The notes: generated by a model not told the origin, from the letters alone. A stretch of DNA of 64,000 nucleotides from Bdellovibrionales bacterium (GCA_965203225.1 CBDBBW010000007.1:7122-71121), one strand, 5' to 3'; positions 9,468 through 19,114 are shown, counted from the stretch's first letter. Translations and numbers: made by a program.

Positions 9468-10503
9468 ATCATCCAGTATAAAAACGGCCGGGGCTTCTCA
9501 TAAGGCCCAAAAAATTGCACCTCAAAAAAACCTCACCAGGGCATCATTAGTTGACCTCACCCCAATTTTCCGAAACTATAAACCATCAGAAAATCCACAT
9601 CCCACAAGACGGGATATGGGAGAGGATATTTTGGAGGGCTTTTTGAAAAAAGGAGCAGGTTTAGTTTTGTTTTTCATTTTGGCCGGGCCGGTTAAGGCCG
9701 GTTCAGTTCTCCCTCTTTTTCCCAAATATCTCCCCAACACTTTTTCTAAAGAAAAAAAACAAGCTTTTTCTAAAATAAAAAATCCGAGGTTTCCCGGTAT
9801 GCAGAAATTTAAACTGCTGGCGGAATCGCCGAAAGTTCCCATTCCAAAGCCGGATTCCATGACGACTCCACCTGAAAAACTAATTAAAACACCACGAAGT
9901 TCATCCTCCATGCCGGACACCTCCAGAAATTCCCTGGTTTTATTTCAATGGCTTAATGAACAATATGCTTCCTTTCAATGGGCTTATGGCTTTTTACAGG
10001 AGGACAATCAATATGCCCCGGATCTACTTAAAGAAAAAATCACCGAAAAGTTTAAAAATGACACTTTACTGTATCTGAATTTTCATCAAAATATTATTCA
10101 ATTTCCCTATGTTTTAAAATGGGGGATCAGAGGAAGCGTGGGAAGGACCCGCAACGCAGATTTTGAAAGGAGCTCTTTTTTCCCTTTGAGTGTGTCCGTA
10201 ATCACCAGCCTTCAGATTTTTAAGCGCCAGATTATAGTTCCTTTTTTTGAATTAGGTTACTCGGTATGGAATGTTAACTTTTCCGATTTTTCCAAGTGGT
10301 TTCCTTTCTACGGAGCGGGGATGCTTATCAGTTTTTCCCTTTTCAAAAACTCCCTTTACCATACTCTGTTCGATGAATATGGAATAAGGGACACTGGAAT
10401 CATTGTGGAACTGAGAAATAATGCCAGCCCTTTGGATTTTCCTGAAAAAGATCGAGGGTATTTTTTACGCTCTTTGCATCTTGGTGTCTATCTCCAATTT
10501 TAA
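9421..10503 (+). CDS. Hypothetical protein; Pro-rich N-terminal half, possible outer-membrane beta-barrel C-terminal half
   Basis: 360-aa ORF with no antisense competitor. The C-terminus alternates aromatic and polar residues and ends in ...GVYLQF (OMP-like terminal Phe). Confidence 0.5.
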   Translation: MATPPLYTPQKTATGLSSSIKTAGASHKAQKIAPQKNLTRASLVDLTPIFRNYKPSENPHPTRRDMGEDILEGFLKKGAGLVLFFILAGPVKAGSVLPLFPKYLPNTFSKEKKQAFSKIKNPRFPGMQKFKLLAESPKVPIPKPDSMTTPPEKLIKTPRSSSSMPDTSRNSLVLFQWLNEQYASFQWAYGFLQEDNQYAPDLLKEKITEKFKNDTLLYLNFHQNIIQFPYVLKWGIRGSVGRTRNADFERSSFFPLSVSVITSLQIFKRQIIVPFFELGYSVWNVNFSDFSKWFPFYGAGMLISFSLFKNSLYHTLFDEYGIRDTGIIVELRNNASPLDFPEKDRGYFLRSLHLGVYLQF

Positions 10504-10525
10504 ACCTTTTGAAATATAGCAGGAA

Positions 10526-11308
10526 ATGCCCAAAGTAAAACACCGGATCCGCCTTCTTATCAGTTATAACGGCCTTAAATATTATGGATGGCAAAAACAA
10601 ACTTCCCTGCCCACAATCCAAGGCCGTATTGAACAGGCTTTAAAAAATATTTTTCAGGAAGACATTTCCGTGGTAGGAGCCGGACGAACGGATACTGGAG
10701 CGCACGCTCTGGGGCAAAACGCGCACTTTGACATACCTGTTTTTCCTCGACCGAATTTGCGAAAAGCCTTAAACAGCTTTTTAGTGCCGGAGGGTATTTG
10801 TATCTGTCAAATATGGAAAGCCCCTGATGATTTTCATGCTCTGCACTCGGCCACAGAAAAGCACTATGCATATTTTATATTAAACCGCCCCTTTCCCTGC
10901 GTATTCAGAAAAGGACAGATTCATTTGCATCCCCACCCCATAAAAATCAAAATCCTCCAGAGCCTGGGCCAAAAGATTCAGGGGCGGCATGATTTTAAAA
11001 GCTTCCAAAACACCGGAACTTCCGTTAAAAGCACAATCAGAACCGTCACTTCCGCCCGCTGGCTGTGGATGAAAAAAGACCTTCTAGCCTTTCATATTAA
11101 AGGAGAGGGATTTTTAAAACAAATGATAAGAAATCTGGTTGGGACACAAATTGAGCTTTTAAAGGAAAAAGACCCTATAAAAAAATGGAATGCGATCCTG
11201 TCCGCCAAAGACAGAAAAGCCGCTTACGCCACCATCCCCGCCAAGGGGCTTTACCTTTATCAGGTTTCCTACCCGTTAGAGCTTGACAGAAAATGCCAAA
11301 AAATTTAA
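10526..11308 (+). CDS. truA: tRNA pseudouridine(38-40) synthase
   Basis: YNGLKYYGWQKQ and catalytic GAGRTDTGAHA motif. Confidence 0.9.
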   Translation: MPKVKHRIRLLISYNGLKYYGWQKQTSLPTIQGRIEQALKNIFQEDISVVGAGRTDTGAHALGQNAHFDIPVFPRPNLRKALNSFLVPEGICICQIWKAPDDFHALHSATEKHYAYFILNRPFPCVFRKGQIHLHPHPIKIKILQSLGQKIQGRHDFKSFQNTGTSVKSTIRTVTSARWLWMKKDLLAFHIKGEGFLKQMIRNLVGTQIELLKEKDPIKKWNAILSAKDRKAAYATIPAKGLYLYQVSYPLELDRKCQKI

Positions 11309-11321
11309 CAATCAATACCTT

Positions 11322-11780
11322 ATGAAAACATGGAACGCAAAGGAACAGGAAATTCAAAAAAACTGGTGGCTTATAGATGCCAAAGGATGCTCTTTGGGTC
11401 GTCTGGCCAGTGAGGTGGCTGTTTTGCTCAGGGGAAAGCATAAACCGGAGTTTACACCTCATGTAGACACCGGTGACTTTGTCGTGATTATCAACGCCAA
11501 AGAAATCCATCTTACCGGGAAAAAATGGACTGATAAAAAATATTTCTCCCACTCCGGATCTTTTGGTTCCCTAAAGGAAAAAAAAGCCAAGGAGCTTTCC
11601 AGAAAACAACTCATCAACCAAGCCGTATCCGGTATGTTGGCTAAAAACAAAATGAGAAAACGACTTATGAAAAAACTAAAAGTGTATGAAACAGCGGAAC
11701 ACCCACATCAACCCCAAAAGCCTTCAGCCTATTTTTGCCGGGGACAAAAAGAGACAAAAACAACAGCCGGCTTGATTTAA
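11322..11780 (+). CDS. rplM: 50S ribosomal protein L13
   Basis: MKTWNAKEQEIQKNWWLIDAKG matches the L13 N-terminus. The tracked ORF starts 13 codons earlier and overlaps truA. Confidence 0.9.
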   Translation: MKTWNAKEQEIQKNWWLIDAKGCSLGRLASEVAVLLRGKHKPEFTPHVDTGDFVVIINAKEIHLTGKKWTDKKYFSHSGSFGSLKEKKAKELSRKQLINQAVSGMLAKNKMRKRLMKKLKVYETAEHPHQPQKPSAYFCRGQKETKTTAGLI

Positions 11781-11818
11781 ACCTGTCGGTGCTTACGAAA
11801 TAAAAAAAAGGAATTAGA

Positions 11819-12205
11819 ATGAAAGTATATTACAGCACAGGAAGAAGAAAAACCTCTTCTGCCCGAGTGTTCTTAAAACCGGGAACGGGAAAAATCACCA
11901 TTAACGGAAAAGACCCTAAGGTGTTTCTTCCCTATACCTCGAAAAGAATAGAAGCCTTAAGACCCCTGCACATCACAAAAGAAAGCAATTCCGTGGATCT
12001 TTACATCACCGTCAAAGGAGGAGGAATCACAGGGCAGTCCGAAGCCATTCGTCACGGTCTGGCCCGTGCCCTTACTGAATATTCTGCCGACCATCGCTCC
12101 ATCTTAAAAAAAGAGGGCCTGCTAACAAGAGACTCCCGAATGGTGGAGCGGAAAAAAGCCGGCTTTCACAAAGCCAGAAAAAGCACTCAGTTCACCAAAC
12201 GGTAA
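11819..12205 (+). CDS. rpsI: 30S ribosomal protein S9
   Basis: GRRKTSSARV..., GGGITGQSEAIRHGLARAL, C-terminal ...QFTKR. Confidence 0.95.
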   Translation: MKVYYSTGRRKTSSARVFLKPGTGKITINGKDPKVFLPYTSKRIEALRPLHITKESNSVDLYITVKGGGITGQSEAIRHGLARALTEYSADHRSILKKEGLLTRDSRMVERKKAGFHKARKSTQFTKR

Positions 12206-12225
12206 TACACAAAATTGATTCAAAA

Positions 12226-12462
12226 CGGACACAAAAATGCTTGTTCCAACAAGCAAGGCACTTAGAAACACAGAAAAAACAAGGGATTTCAACTGAAGGG
12301 GCATAAAAATGCCTGCTCCAACGAGCAAGACACTTAGAAACACAGAAAAAACAAGGGATTTCAACTGAACGAACAAGGGATTCCAACTGAACGGACACAA
12401 AAATGCCTGCTCCAACGAGCAAGACACTTAGAAACACAGAAAAAACAAGGGATTTCAACTGA
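12226..12462. repeat. Tandem repeat: three ~72-bp units plus one 22-bp partial unit in the rpsI/ribD convergent spacer
   Basis: Units at 12226-12296, 12297-12368 and 12391-12462. Each ends in caagggatttcaactga, which is copied from the ribD 3' coding end (12546-12564), and each contains a hairpin plus T-run on the minus strand. Confidence 0.9.
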
Positions 12463-12507
12463 AGGGAAGAGACAGCATTATCTTCCAAACAGAACCGAGT
12501 ATCCGCT

Positions 12508-13644
12508 TTACAGATTAAACAAAGCTTCCACAAGCAAATCGTCCCCAAGGGATTTCAACTGAACCGAATCCACAATCAAACTTTCAGAAAGACCTTGAAT
12601 CGTGAAATCCCTTGACCAATAAAGGCCCTCCCCCATAATCCGCGGAGCTATGTACAAGTAAAGTCTTTGAGCCGCTTTCTCCTTGAGAAACTGAGACCAG
12701 CAAAAAGCGCCTCCCTCTACCAGCACAGACTGGATTTGCTCTTCCTGATAGAGTCTTTTTAAAACAGCGGCCAAAGAAAAATTTTGCCGGGCCATTTTAA
12801 AGAATTTCAGCCGGACACCTAAGGCGGACAATACCATTGATTTTTTATTTGCCTTTTTCTCATGGGAACAGCAAAGAATCACCTGATCGGGAGAACGCGC
12901 CTGTAATACCCTGGACTGGAGCAAAAAGGAAAAACTTTTTCCCTTCGGATCCAAAATAACCACTTTATTTTCTTTACCCTTAAATGAATCCAAACGAATA
13001 TCCAAACGGGGGTTGTCTTTTAATAAAGTATCCGACCCGATCAGTACCGCCGAGTGGGCGGATCTTAAAAAGTGCGCATGCCGGCGAGCCAGCCATCCGG
13101 TAATCCACCGGCTTTCCCCTTTTTTTGTGGCAACCACTCCGTCCAAACTGGAAGCCACTTTTAAACTGACAAAAGATTTTTTATGTAAAAAAGAGAACTT
13201 AAAAGGCCTTATCAGGTTTTCCATCTCTTCCTGAAAGTCCGAGTTGTAAATAATTTCCACTCCTTTTCTGCGTAAATACTCCAAACCTTTTTTATCAGTA
13301 AAAGGATCCTCCGCTCCATAAGTGAGAGACCGGATAGGGTACCGTGCCAGCTCCTTTGAACAAGGGGAGGTTTTTCCCGTATGATGACAGGGTTCCAGGG
13401 TGAGAAAAACCCGCGCGCCGGTTAATTTTTTCTTATCCTTTATTTTTTTTAAAGCGCAGACCTCGGCATGATCGCTCCCATACGCTTTATGATAACCCTC
13501 AGCCAATAACCTGCCGTCAGAATCCAAAATCACACAACCCACAGGAGGGTTAGGTTCCACTCGACCTATGCCTTTTTTTGCCAACCGCAGGGCCAGGCGC
13601 AAGGCCTTTTTCGGAGAAAAACTTATTTCTGACACAATTTTCAA
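12508..13644 (-). CDS. ribD: Bifunctional riboflavin biosynthesis protein RibD (deaminase/reductase)
   Basis: Zinc deaminase motifs HAEVCAL and PCHHTGKTSPC, followed by a reductase domain. Confidence 0.9.
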   Translation of the reverse strand: MKIVSEISFSPKKALRLALRLAKKGIGRVEPNPPVGCVILDSDGRLLAEGYHKAYGSDHAEVCALKKIKDKKKLTGARVFLTLEPCHHTGKTSPCSKELARYPIRSLTYGAEDPFTDKKGLEYLRRKGVEIIYNSDFQEEMENLIRPFKFSFLHKKSFVSLKVASSLDGVVATKKGESRWITGWLARRHAHFLRSAHSAVLIGSDTLLKDNPRLDIRLDSFKGKENKVVILDPKGKSFSFLLQSRVLQARSPDQVILCCSHEKKANKKSMVLSALGVRLKFFKMARQNFSLAAVLKRLYQEEQIQSVLVEGGAFCWSQFLKEKAAQRLYLYIAPRIMGEGLYWSRDFTIQGLSESLIVDSVQLKSLGDDLLVEALFNL

Positions 13645-13690
13645 ACTCCAAAGGAGGCCATAACACCATAACTGTTAAAGTGAAATACAC

Positions 13691-14800
13691 TTAAGTTAAA
13701 AAACCTCTTTGTATTTGATCTCTTTCAATAGCGTCAAAGAGAGCTTGAAAATTTCCCTCTCCAAAACCATCATGTCCCCGACGCCGAATGACCTCATAAA
13801 ACACAGGACCTATAACATTCTTTGTAAAAATCTGAAGCAGGTAACCTTGTTCATCTCCGTCTGCCAGAATTTTATTTTCCCGCAAATCATTCAAATTCTC
13901 TTTCACCTGAGGAACTCTTTTGGACAAATCCTCATAATAAGTATCCGGCACATTCAAAAAATCAATCCCGGCAGAGCGCAATTTTTTTACCGAAGACACA
14001 ATATCCTGGGTTGTTAAAGCAATATGCTGGATGCCAGAGCCTTTGTACTCCTCTAAAAACTCCTGAATTTGTGATTTTTTCCCTTTTTCCCCTTCAGCCG
14101 GTTCGTTAATGGGAATAGTGATGGTGTTGCATGGAGAGCGCATGACTTTTGAAATGAGGCCGGTTTTGCTTCCCTGAATATCAAAATAGCGTCTTTCCGT
14201 GAAATTAAAAATCTCCTGATAAAAGTCACACCATTTTTGCATATCCCCCTGAGGGACATTGTGGGTCAGGTGGTCCACCGCAAGCAGTCCGGCCGAAGAA
14301 CCAACCAGCTTCCCCGAATTTTCAGAAACAGAAGGCGAAATACCAAACTCTGTTTCGAAATGAGAAACATCTTCTTCCACAAAATAAATCAACGAACAGC
14401 CTACACCGTATATGGCGGGAAAGCTATGGCTTTGCTTATCCGGGGGCACTGCCTCCGCTCCTTTGGATAAAACATACTCAAAAGCTTTTTTGGAGGAATG
14501 CACTCGAAAAGCCAAAGCGCATATTGAAGGACCATGTTGATCAGAAAAATTTTCAGCAAAGGTGTTCTTCTCCCGATTTAAAATAAAATAGGTATAACCC
14601 TGTAGAAACAAATCCACTTCTTTACTTTTATGCTTACCTTTGTGAATAAAGCCCATTGATTTCCAAAGCTGAACCAGCTTTTCAGGGTGAGGACTGCTAT
14701 ATTCTATAAAATCAATTCCCTTTAAACCAACCGGGTTTTCTTTTGAAGACATAACTGTTTTCTCCCAAAGCCCATTAGAAAAGAATAGCTCAATGGCCAT
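13691..14800 (-). CDS. hppD: 4-hydroxyphenylpyruvate dioxygenase
   Basis: Two-VOC-domain architecture, NEP...SQIQEFL and GIQHIAL iron-site region, C-terminal FGEGNFQALFDAIE. An alternative start at 14752 (MSSKENP...) has a GGGAG RBS. Confidence 0.9.
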   Translation of the reverse strand: MAIELFFSNGLWEKTVMSSKENPVGLKGIDFIEYSSPHPEKLVQLWKSMGFIHKGKHKSKEVDLFLQGYTYFILNREKNTFAENFSDQHGPSICALAFRVHSSKKAFEYVLSKGAEAVPPDKQSHSFPAIYGVGCSLIYFVEEDVSHFETEFGISPSVSENSGKLVGSSAGLLAVDHLTHNVPQGDMQKWCDFYQEIFNFTERRYFDIQGSKTGLISKVMRSPCNTITIPINEPAEGEKGKKSQIQEFLEEYKGSGIQHIALTTQDIVSSVKKLRSAGIDFLNVPDTYYEDLSKRVPQVKENLNDLRENKILADGDEQGYLLQIFTKNVIGPVFYEVIRRRGHDGFGEGNFQALFDAIERDQIQRGFLT

Positions 14801-14942
14801 GATTTTTACTGACCCTTCCTCCCCTTTTCCGGCTTTGGTATTTTTTTATCAAAATTCATATTGAAAAGCAATAAAGTGTCAGGTTTTATATTTTTCACCA
14901 TTATTTAAAAAAAACCGCCGGCGAATATAATGTTAAACCGGT

Positions 14943-15851
14943 TCAATAAACACCGGGAACAGAGAGCTTTGCGGGCAGGCAATGATTGAGTCTTTTCTCA
15001 AGAAAACGAGTGGTTTTTATCAACTCCGGTATTTGCACCCCGGTTTGAAATTTCATTTTCTCCAGCATATAAGTCAGGTCCTCCGTGGCCACATTGCCGC
15101 TTGCCCCCGGGGCGTAAGGACAGCCCCCCATGCCTCCAATACTGGCATCAAACACTCTCACTCCGCTTTGTAAGCCCCCGGCCACATTGGCTAAAGCCAT
15201 TCCCCGGGTATTATGAAAATGTAAAGCCACCTTCTTCACCGGAATTTTTTTCCCAAGAATATTCATCAAGTTCAACACATCTGTGTAAACCGCCGCCCCG
15301 ATAGTATCACTCACGGACAATTCAAACGCCCCTGCTTCCATAATCCGTGCCGCCAAAACAGTCACGCTAGAAGGGCGTATTTTTCCTTCATACGGGCAGA
15401 CAAAAGCAACGCTCAAGTAAACTCGCACTTTTATTTTTAACCGCCGTGCTCTTCGACAAATAATCCGGAGGTTTTTTATACTGGCTTTGACACTCATATT
15501 GATATTTTGTTCCGAAAAAGACTCTGTACAGGAAACAAAAAAAGAAACCTCCTTTAACCCGCACTCCACCGCTTTTTCAAAACCGATTTGATTGGGAACA
15601 AAAGCGGAGTACACTATATCATGTGGAAGAATACCTTTTTCCTGAGAACGCAAAACTTTTTTCACCAGAAAAGGCACGCACTGCATTTGAGGAATGGCTT
15701 TAGGAGATACAAAAGAACCCAGCTCCATTCTTTTCAAACCAGCCCTGGACAGCTTTTTCACTGTCTGATAACGATTTATAAGAGACAAGCCATTTTTTTC
15801 GTTTTGCAAGCCATCTCTTAAACCCACTTCCACAATTTGAACTGTGGGCAT
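14943..15851 (-). CDS. liuE: Hydroxymethylglutaryl-CoA lyase
   Basis: VEVGLRDGLQNE, HFHNTRGMALANV, GGCPYAPGASGNV. Start placed at 15851 because GGAGGAG lies 7 nt upstream. Confidence 0.9.
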   Translation of the reverse strand: MPTVQIVEVGLRDGLQNEKNGLSLINRYQTVKKLSRAGLKRMELGSFVSPKAIPQMQCVPFLVKKVLRSQEKGILPHDIVYSAFVPNQIGFEKAVECGLKEVSFFVSCTESFSEQNINMSVKASIKNLRIICRRARRLKIKVRVYLSVAFVCPYEGKIRPSSVTVLAARIMEAGAFELSVSDTIGAAVYTDVLNLMNILGKKIPVKKVALHFHNTRGMALANVAGGLQSGVRVFDASIGGMGGCPYAPGASGNVATEDLTYMLEKMKFQTGVQIPELIKTTRFLEKRLNHCLPAKLSVPGVY

Positions 15852-16052
15852 AAAATACTCCTCCATAACCGGAACATTCTTCGCTTAATAAATAAACCAG
15901 CGGGAGTGAAAAATCAATTTCCACCTGGCAAAAATATTTCATTTAAACCACATCCCTATTTTATTTTCCGACACTGTTGGGATTTTGTTCTCCCTTCATC
16001 ACCTTTTATCATCTGGCTGTGAACCAACATATTTAAACCGGCTGGAAAAAAA

Positions 16053-16430
16053 TTACTTCCTTGCTATTTCCACCAACTCCTGATCGGCAGACACCCTTTC
16101 CCCTTCCCGCACATTTACTGACTTCACCACTCCTTTTCCAGGGGATTTTACAGTGTATTCCATTTTCATAGAGGAGAGAATCAATAAAGTCTGATTATCC
16201 CTCACTTTATCATTTTGTTGAACCAAAACCCTGACAATCTGCCCGGGCATGGGAGACAAAACCAAATGCTCGTCAATCTCTTCATTTTTTTGACCAACAG
16301 CAGAGGATGATTTTTTTTGTTTATCCAAAACAAATATTTTTCCATTGAAATGAAACCATATTTGGTTTTTCAACTTCTGCGCTTTTATCAAAAACACCTT
16401 GTCTTTTACCACCACTTCAATACGTTTCAT
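16053..16430 (-). CDS. liuD: Biotin carboxyl carrier (BCCP) portion of methylcrotonyl-CoA carboxylase alpha, as a separate ORF
   Basis: Biotinyl-lysine motif SSMKMEY in a C-terminal lipoyl/biotinyl fold. The N-terminal ~45 aa resemble the end of a BT domain. Confidence 0.75.
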   Translation of the reverse strand: MKRIEVVVKDKVFLIKAQKLKNQIWFHFNGKIFVLDKQKKSSSAVGQKNEEIDEHLVLSPMPGQIVRVLVQQNDKVRDNQTLLILSSMKMEYTVKSPGKGVVKSVNVREGERVSADQELVEIARK

Positions 16431-16489
16431 TGTCTTTTACCACCACTGTTTTTATCTTAATTTTTACCAACCACCCCGGTCTTTATCTT

Positions 16490-18007
16490 TCAAGTGACTT
16501 TTTTTGAAAAATGCGTCCAGGGATTAAAATGTTTTTTCCCCATTTGCTGACTTATATATGAATCAGATACAGGGGGGAAAAAAGACTGACGAAGAGAGGA
16601 GAGAATCACCGGATCCAAGGACTCCACATTTTCGTCTTTCCAGGATTTTAAAAACACTTCTTCCACAAAACGGGTATAAACCTCCCCATTAATAAAACGC
16701 TCATGGGAAAGCAAATCCTGCAAAAAAGACAGATTGACTTTCAAACCAAAAATAATTGTGTCGCTGAGCGCCTGTTTCATTTTCTCCACTGCCCGCGGGC
16801 GGTTTTCGTCCCACACAATCAATTTGCCTAACATAGCGTCGTAAAACCCGGGGACTTCATCTCCGGATTCATAGCCCATATCGAAGCGGCGATGAACCCC
16901 TTGAGGAAAAGAGCAGGCTCCCAAGGTGCCAAAAACCGGCGCCTGTTTTTGCATATCCTCTGCATAAATTCGGCACTGAATACTGTGACCACGCGGTTTA
17001 AATTCCTTTTGAATAAATGGGGCAAATGGGGCATAGCCTTGAGCTGTCAAAAGCTGTGCCCGGATTAAGTCCACCCCTAATATCATTTCCGTTACGGGAC
17101 ACTCCACTTGAATACGAGGATTGACTTCCATAAAGTAAAACTCTCCGTTGTGATACAAAAACTCTACCGTGCCGGCCTGCAAATAACCCACTGATTTTAA
17201 AAGCTTTATGGCCAAGGATCTCATCTCCTGTTGAACAGACAAAGGCAATAAAGCCGGCGCCTCCTCAATGATTTTTTGATGTTTTCTTTGAAGGGAACAA
17301 TCCCGATCAAACAGATGAAACACCCGCCCCGAAACATCCGCAAAAACCTGCACTTCTATATGCCGGGCGGAAGACAAATATTTTTCAATAAATATTTCAG
17401 AAGAACCAAATGCGGATTGGCATTCCCTTTGAGCGGACGCAAAAGCCTCCGACCATTGTTCCCTGGAGAAAACAATTCTAAGTCCGCGCCCCCCTCCTCC
17501 TCTTGCAGATTTAATCATAACCGGAAATCCTATTTTACAAGCCTCCGATAATAATTGAGCTTCGTGTTCTTTCGCCTCCCCCTTCGGAAACCCGGTATAA
17601 GCGGGCAATACGGGAAGGCCGCATTTGATTGCCTGTGCGTGAGCCAGTTTTTTATTTCCAAAAATTTCAAGACAGTTTTCAGGAGGGCCGACAAAAATAA
17701 TATTGTTTTCCCGACAGGCTTTGGCCAGCCCGGCATTTTCAGACAAAAATCCGTAACCGGGATGAAGAGCGTCTGCCCCCATGCTTAAAGCGCCTTCCAA
17801 CACAGAAGGGATATTCAGGTAGCTTTTTTCCGCTTCCGACGGGCCTATGCACACTTTTTCGTGGCTCATACGGCAAGGCAGACTGTTCCGGTCTGCGGAA
17901 GAATAAAGCAACACCGGTGTTATTCCCATCTCCCGGCAAGTGGAAATCAACCGAACCGCTATTTCCCCCCTATTGGCGATAGCTATTCTTTTTATTGTTT
18001 TGTACAT
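16490..18007 (-). CDS. liuD: Biotin carboxylase portion of methylcrotonyl-CoA carboxylase alpha
   Basis: IAIANRGEIAVR, ATP-grasp GGGGRGLR, EVNPRIQVE. 505 aa, ending before the BCCP domain. Confidence 0.9.
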   Translation of the reverse strand: MYKTIKRIAIANRGEIAVRLISTCREMGITPVLLYSSADRNSLPCRMSHEKVCIGPSEAEKSYLNIPSVLEGALSMGADALHPGYGFLSENAGLAKACRENNIIFVGPPENCLEIFGNKKLAHAQAIKCGLPVLPAYTGFPKGEAKEHEAQLLSEACKIGFPVMIKSARGGGGRGLRIVFSREQWSEAFASAQRECQSAFGSSEIFIEKYLSSARHIEVQVFADVSGRVFHLFDRDCSLQRKHQKIIEEAPALLPLSVQQEMRSLAIKLLKSVGYLQAGTVEFLYHNGEFYFMEVNPRIQVECPVTEMILGVDLIRAQLLTAQGYAPFAPFIQKEFKPRGHSIQCRIYAEDMQKQAPVFGTLGACSFPQGVHRRFDMGYESGDEVPGFYDAMLGKLIVWDENRPRAVEKMKQALSDTIIFGLKVNLSFLQDLLSHERFINGEVYTRFVEEVFLKSWKDENVESLDPVILSSLRQSFFPPVSDSYISQQMGKKHFNPWTHFSKKVT

Positions 18008-18245
18008 ATTTGCTCTTTACCATTTCATATCCAATGTTTGTGGAAATCAACCGAACCGCTATTTCCCCCCTATTGGCGATAGCTATTCTTTTTATTGTTT
18101 TGTACATATTTGCTCTTTACCATTTCATATCCAATGTTTGTGGAAATCAACCGAACCGCTATTTCCCCCCTATTGGCCGATAGCTATTCTCTTTATTGTT
18201 TTGTACATATATATTGCTCTTTACCATTTCATGTGCAATCTTTGT
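17941..18245. repeat. Tandem repeat of exactly 100 bp x3 covering the RBS, ATG and first 23 codons of the biotin carboxylase gene
   Basis: tggaaatcaaccgaaccgctatttcccccctattggcgatagc... begins at 17941, 18041 and 18141. The third copy is slightly diverged. Confidence 0.95.
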
Positions 18246-18340
18246 GGACGAACTTCTTAATAAAGAAGTTCAGTGTCACTTTTATTATAAGCTCTTCCAA
18301 TATCAAGAACAAAATACACGAGCAAGACATTATATTACCC

Positions 18341-19114
18341 TTAATTTTGATTTAAAAGATTTTTGATTCTTTGTCTGGCGGATTTGCTTTTTCTAAACTC
18401 ACTGATAATACGCACACATTCTTTTTTTACCTCCCCGGACAAGTCCGCACCGGAAGAGCGGGTGGAAAGAAAGTTGAGCCATTTTTTTGTTTTGGCCACA
18501 GCGGAAGAATCCAACTCTTTAAAATTCTTCAACAGTATTTCAAGAAAATCGTCGCACTCTTTTTTTGAACCCGTAAAGTGTACTAAATTCATTTCCCGCG
18601 CCTGCCGGGCAGAAAAAGGAAGCGCGCTCAACATTAAAAATCTGGCTTGAGACAAACCGATTTTTTTTAAAACAAACGGGCTTATAATGGAAGGAACTAA
18701 CCCCAGTCTGGTCTCACTAAAGCAAAATCGGGAGTCCTCCTCCGCGATAACCACATCCGCAACAGAAAGCAATCCCAATCCCCCTCCCACAGCAAAGCCA
18801 TGAACCAAAGCCAGCACCGGCAGGGGACAGGACTCTACAGCCTCCAACAACAAAAACAAGCTTTTCAGTTTCTCCTCTGTAAAAAGAGACTCTTCCGCCA
18901 TCCACTTTAAGTCTGCTCCACTGCAAAAGGATTTTCCCGCTCCCGACAACACAATAGTTTTTATGGAAGAATCCCATTGCTTTTCTTCAAAAAAAACCAG
19001 CAATTCGCCAATGAGCTGAGGATCGAGTGCGTTTCTTTTTTCAGGGCGGTTCAGCGTGACAAAAACAACTCCCTTTCCTGTTTTAATTTTTAAAATTGCG
19101 TTTTTTTGATCCAT
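18341..19114 (-). CDS. liuC: Enoyl-CoA hydratase family protein (probable methylglutaconyl-CoA hydratase)
   Basis: VTLNRPEKRNAL and GAGKSFCSGADL crotonase motifs. Start trimmed to MDQKNAILK (19114; alternative 19138) to avoid overlapping liuB. Confidence 0.8.
   Translation of the reverse strand: MDQKNAILKIKTGKGVVFVTLNRPEKRNALDPQLIGELLVFFEEKQWDSSIKTIVLSGAGKSFCSGADLKWMAEESLFTEEKLKSLFLLLEAVESCPLPVLALVHGFAVGGGLGLLSVADVVIAEEDSRFCFSETRLGLVPSIISPFVLKKIGLSQARFLMLSALPFSARQAREMNLVHFTGSKKECDDFLEILLKNFKELDSSAVAKTKKWLNFLSTRSSGADLSGEVKKECVRIISEFRKSKSARQRIKNLLNQN

Noticed and set aside
12226-12462. Possible CRISPR array (the same question applies to 17941-18245 and 44032-44275)
   Set aside because: The units are directly abutting tandem copies with no unique spacers between them. 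They are derived from adjacent gene ends, and no cas genes are nearby.
12122-12548. Two minus-strand ORFs (101 and 118 aa) with repeated LKSLVFSVFLS segments
   Set aside because: They are generated by the 72-bp tandem repeat between rpsI and ribD. They have no independent coding signal and overlap the rpsI and ribD ends.
17940-18355. Three overlapping plus-strand ORFs (106, 62 and 86 aa) with repetitive sequence
   Set aside because: They arise from reading the antisense strand of the 100-bp x3 tandem repeat upstream of the biotin carboxylase gene. The repeated peptide segments simply mirror the DNA repeat.
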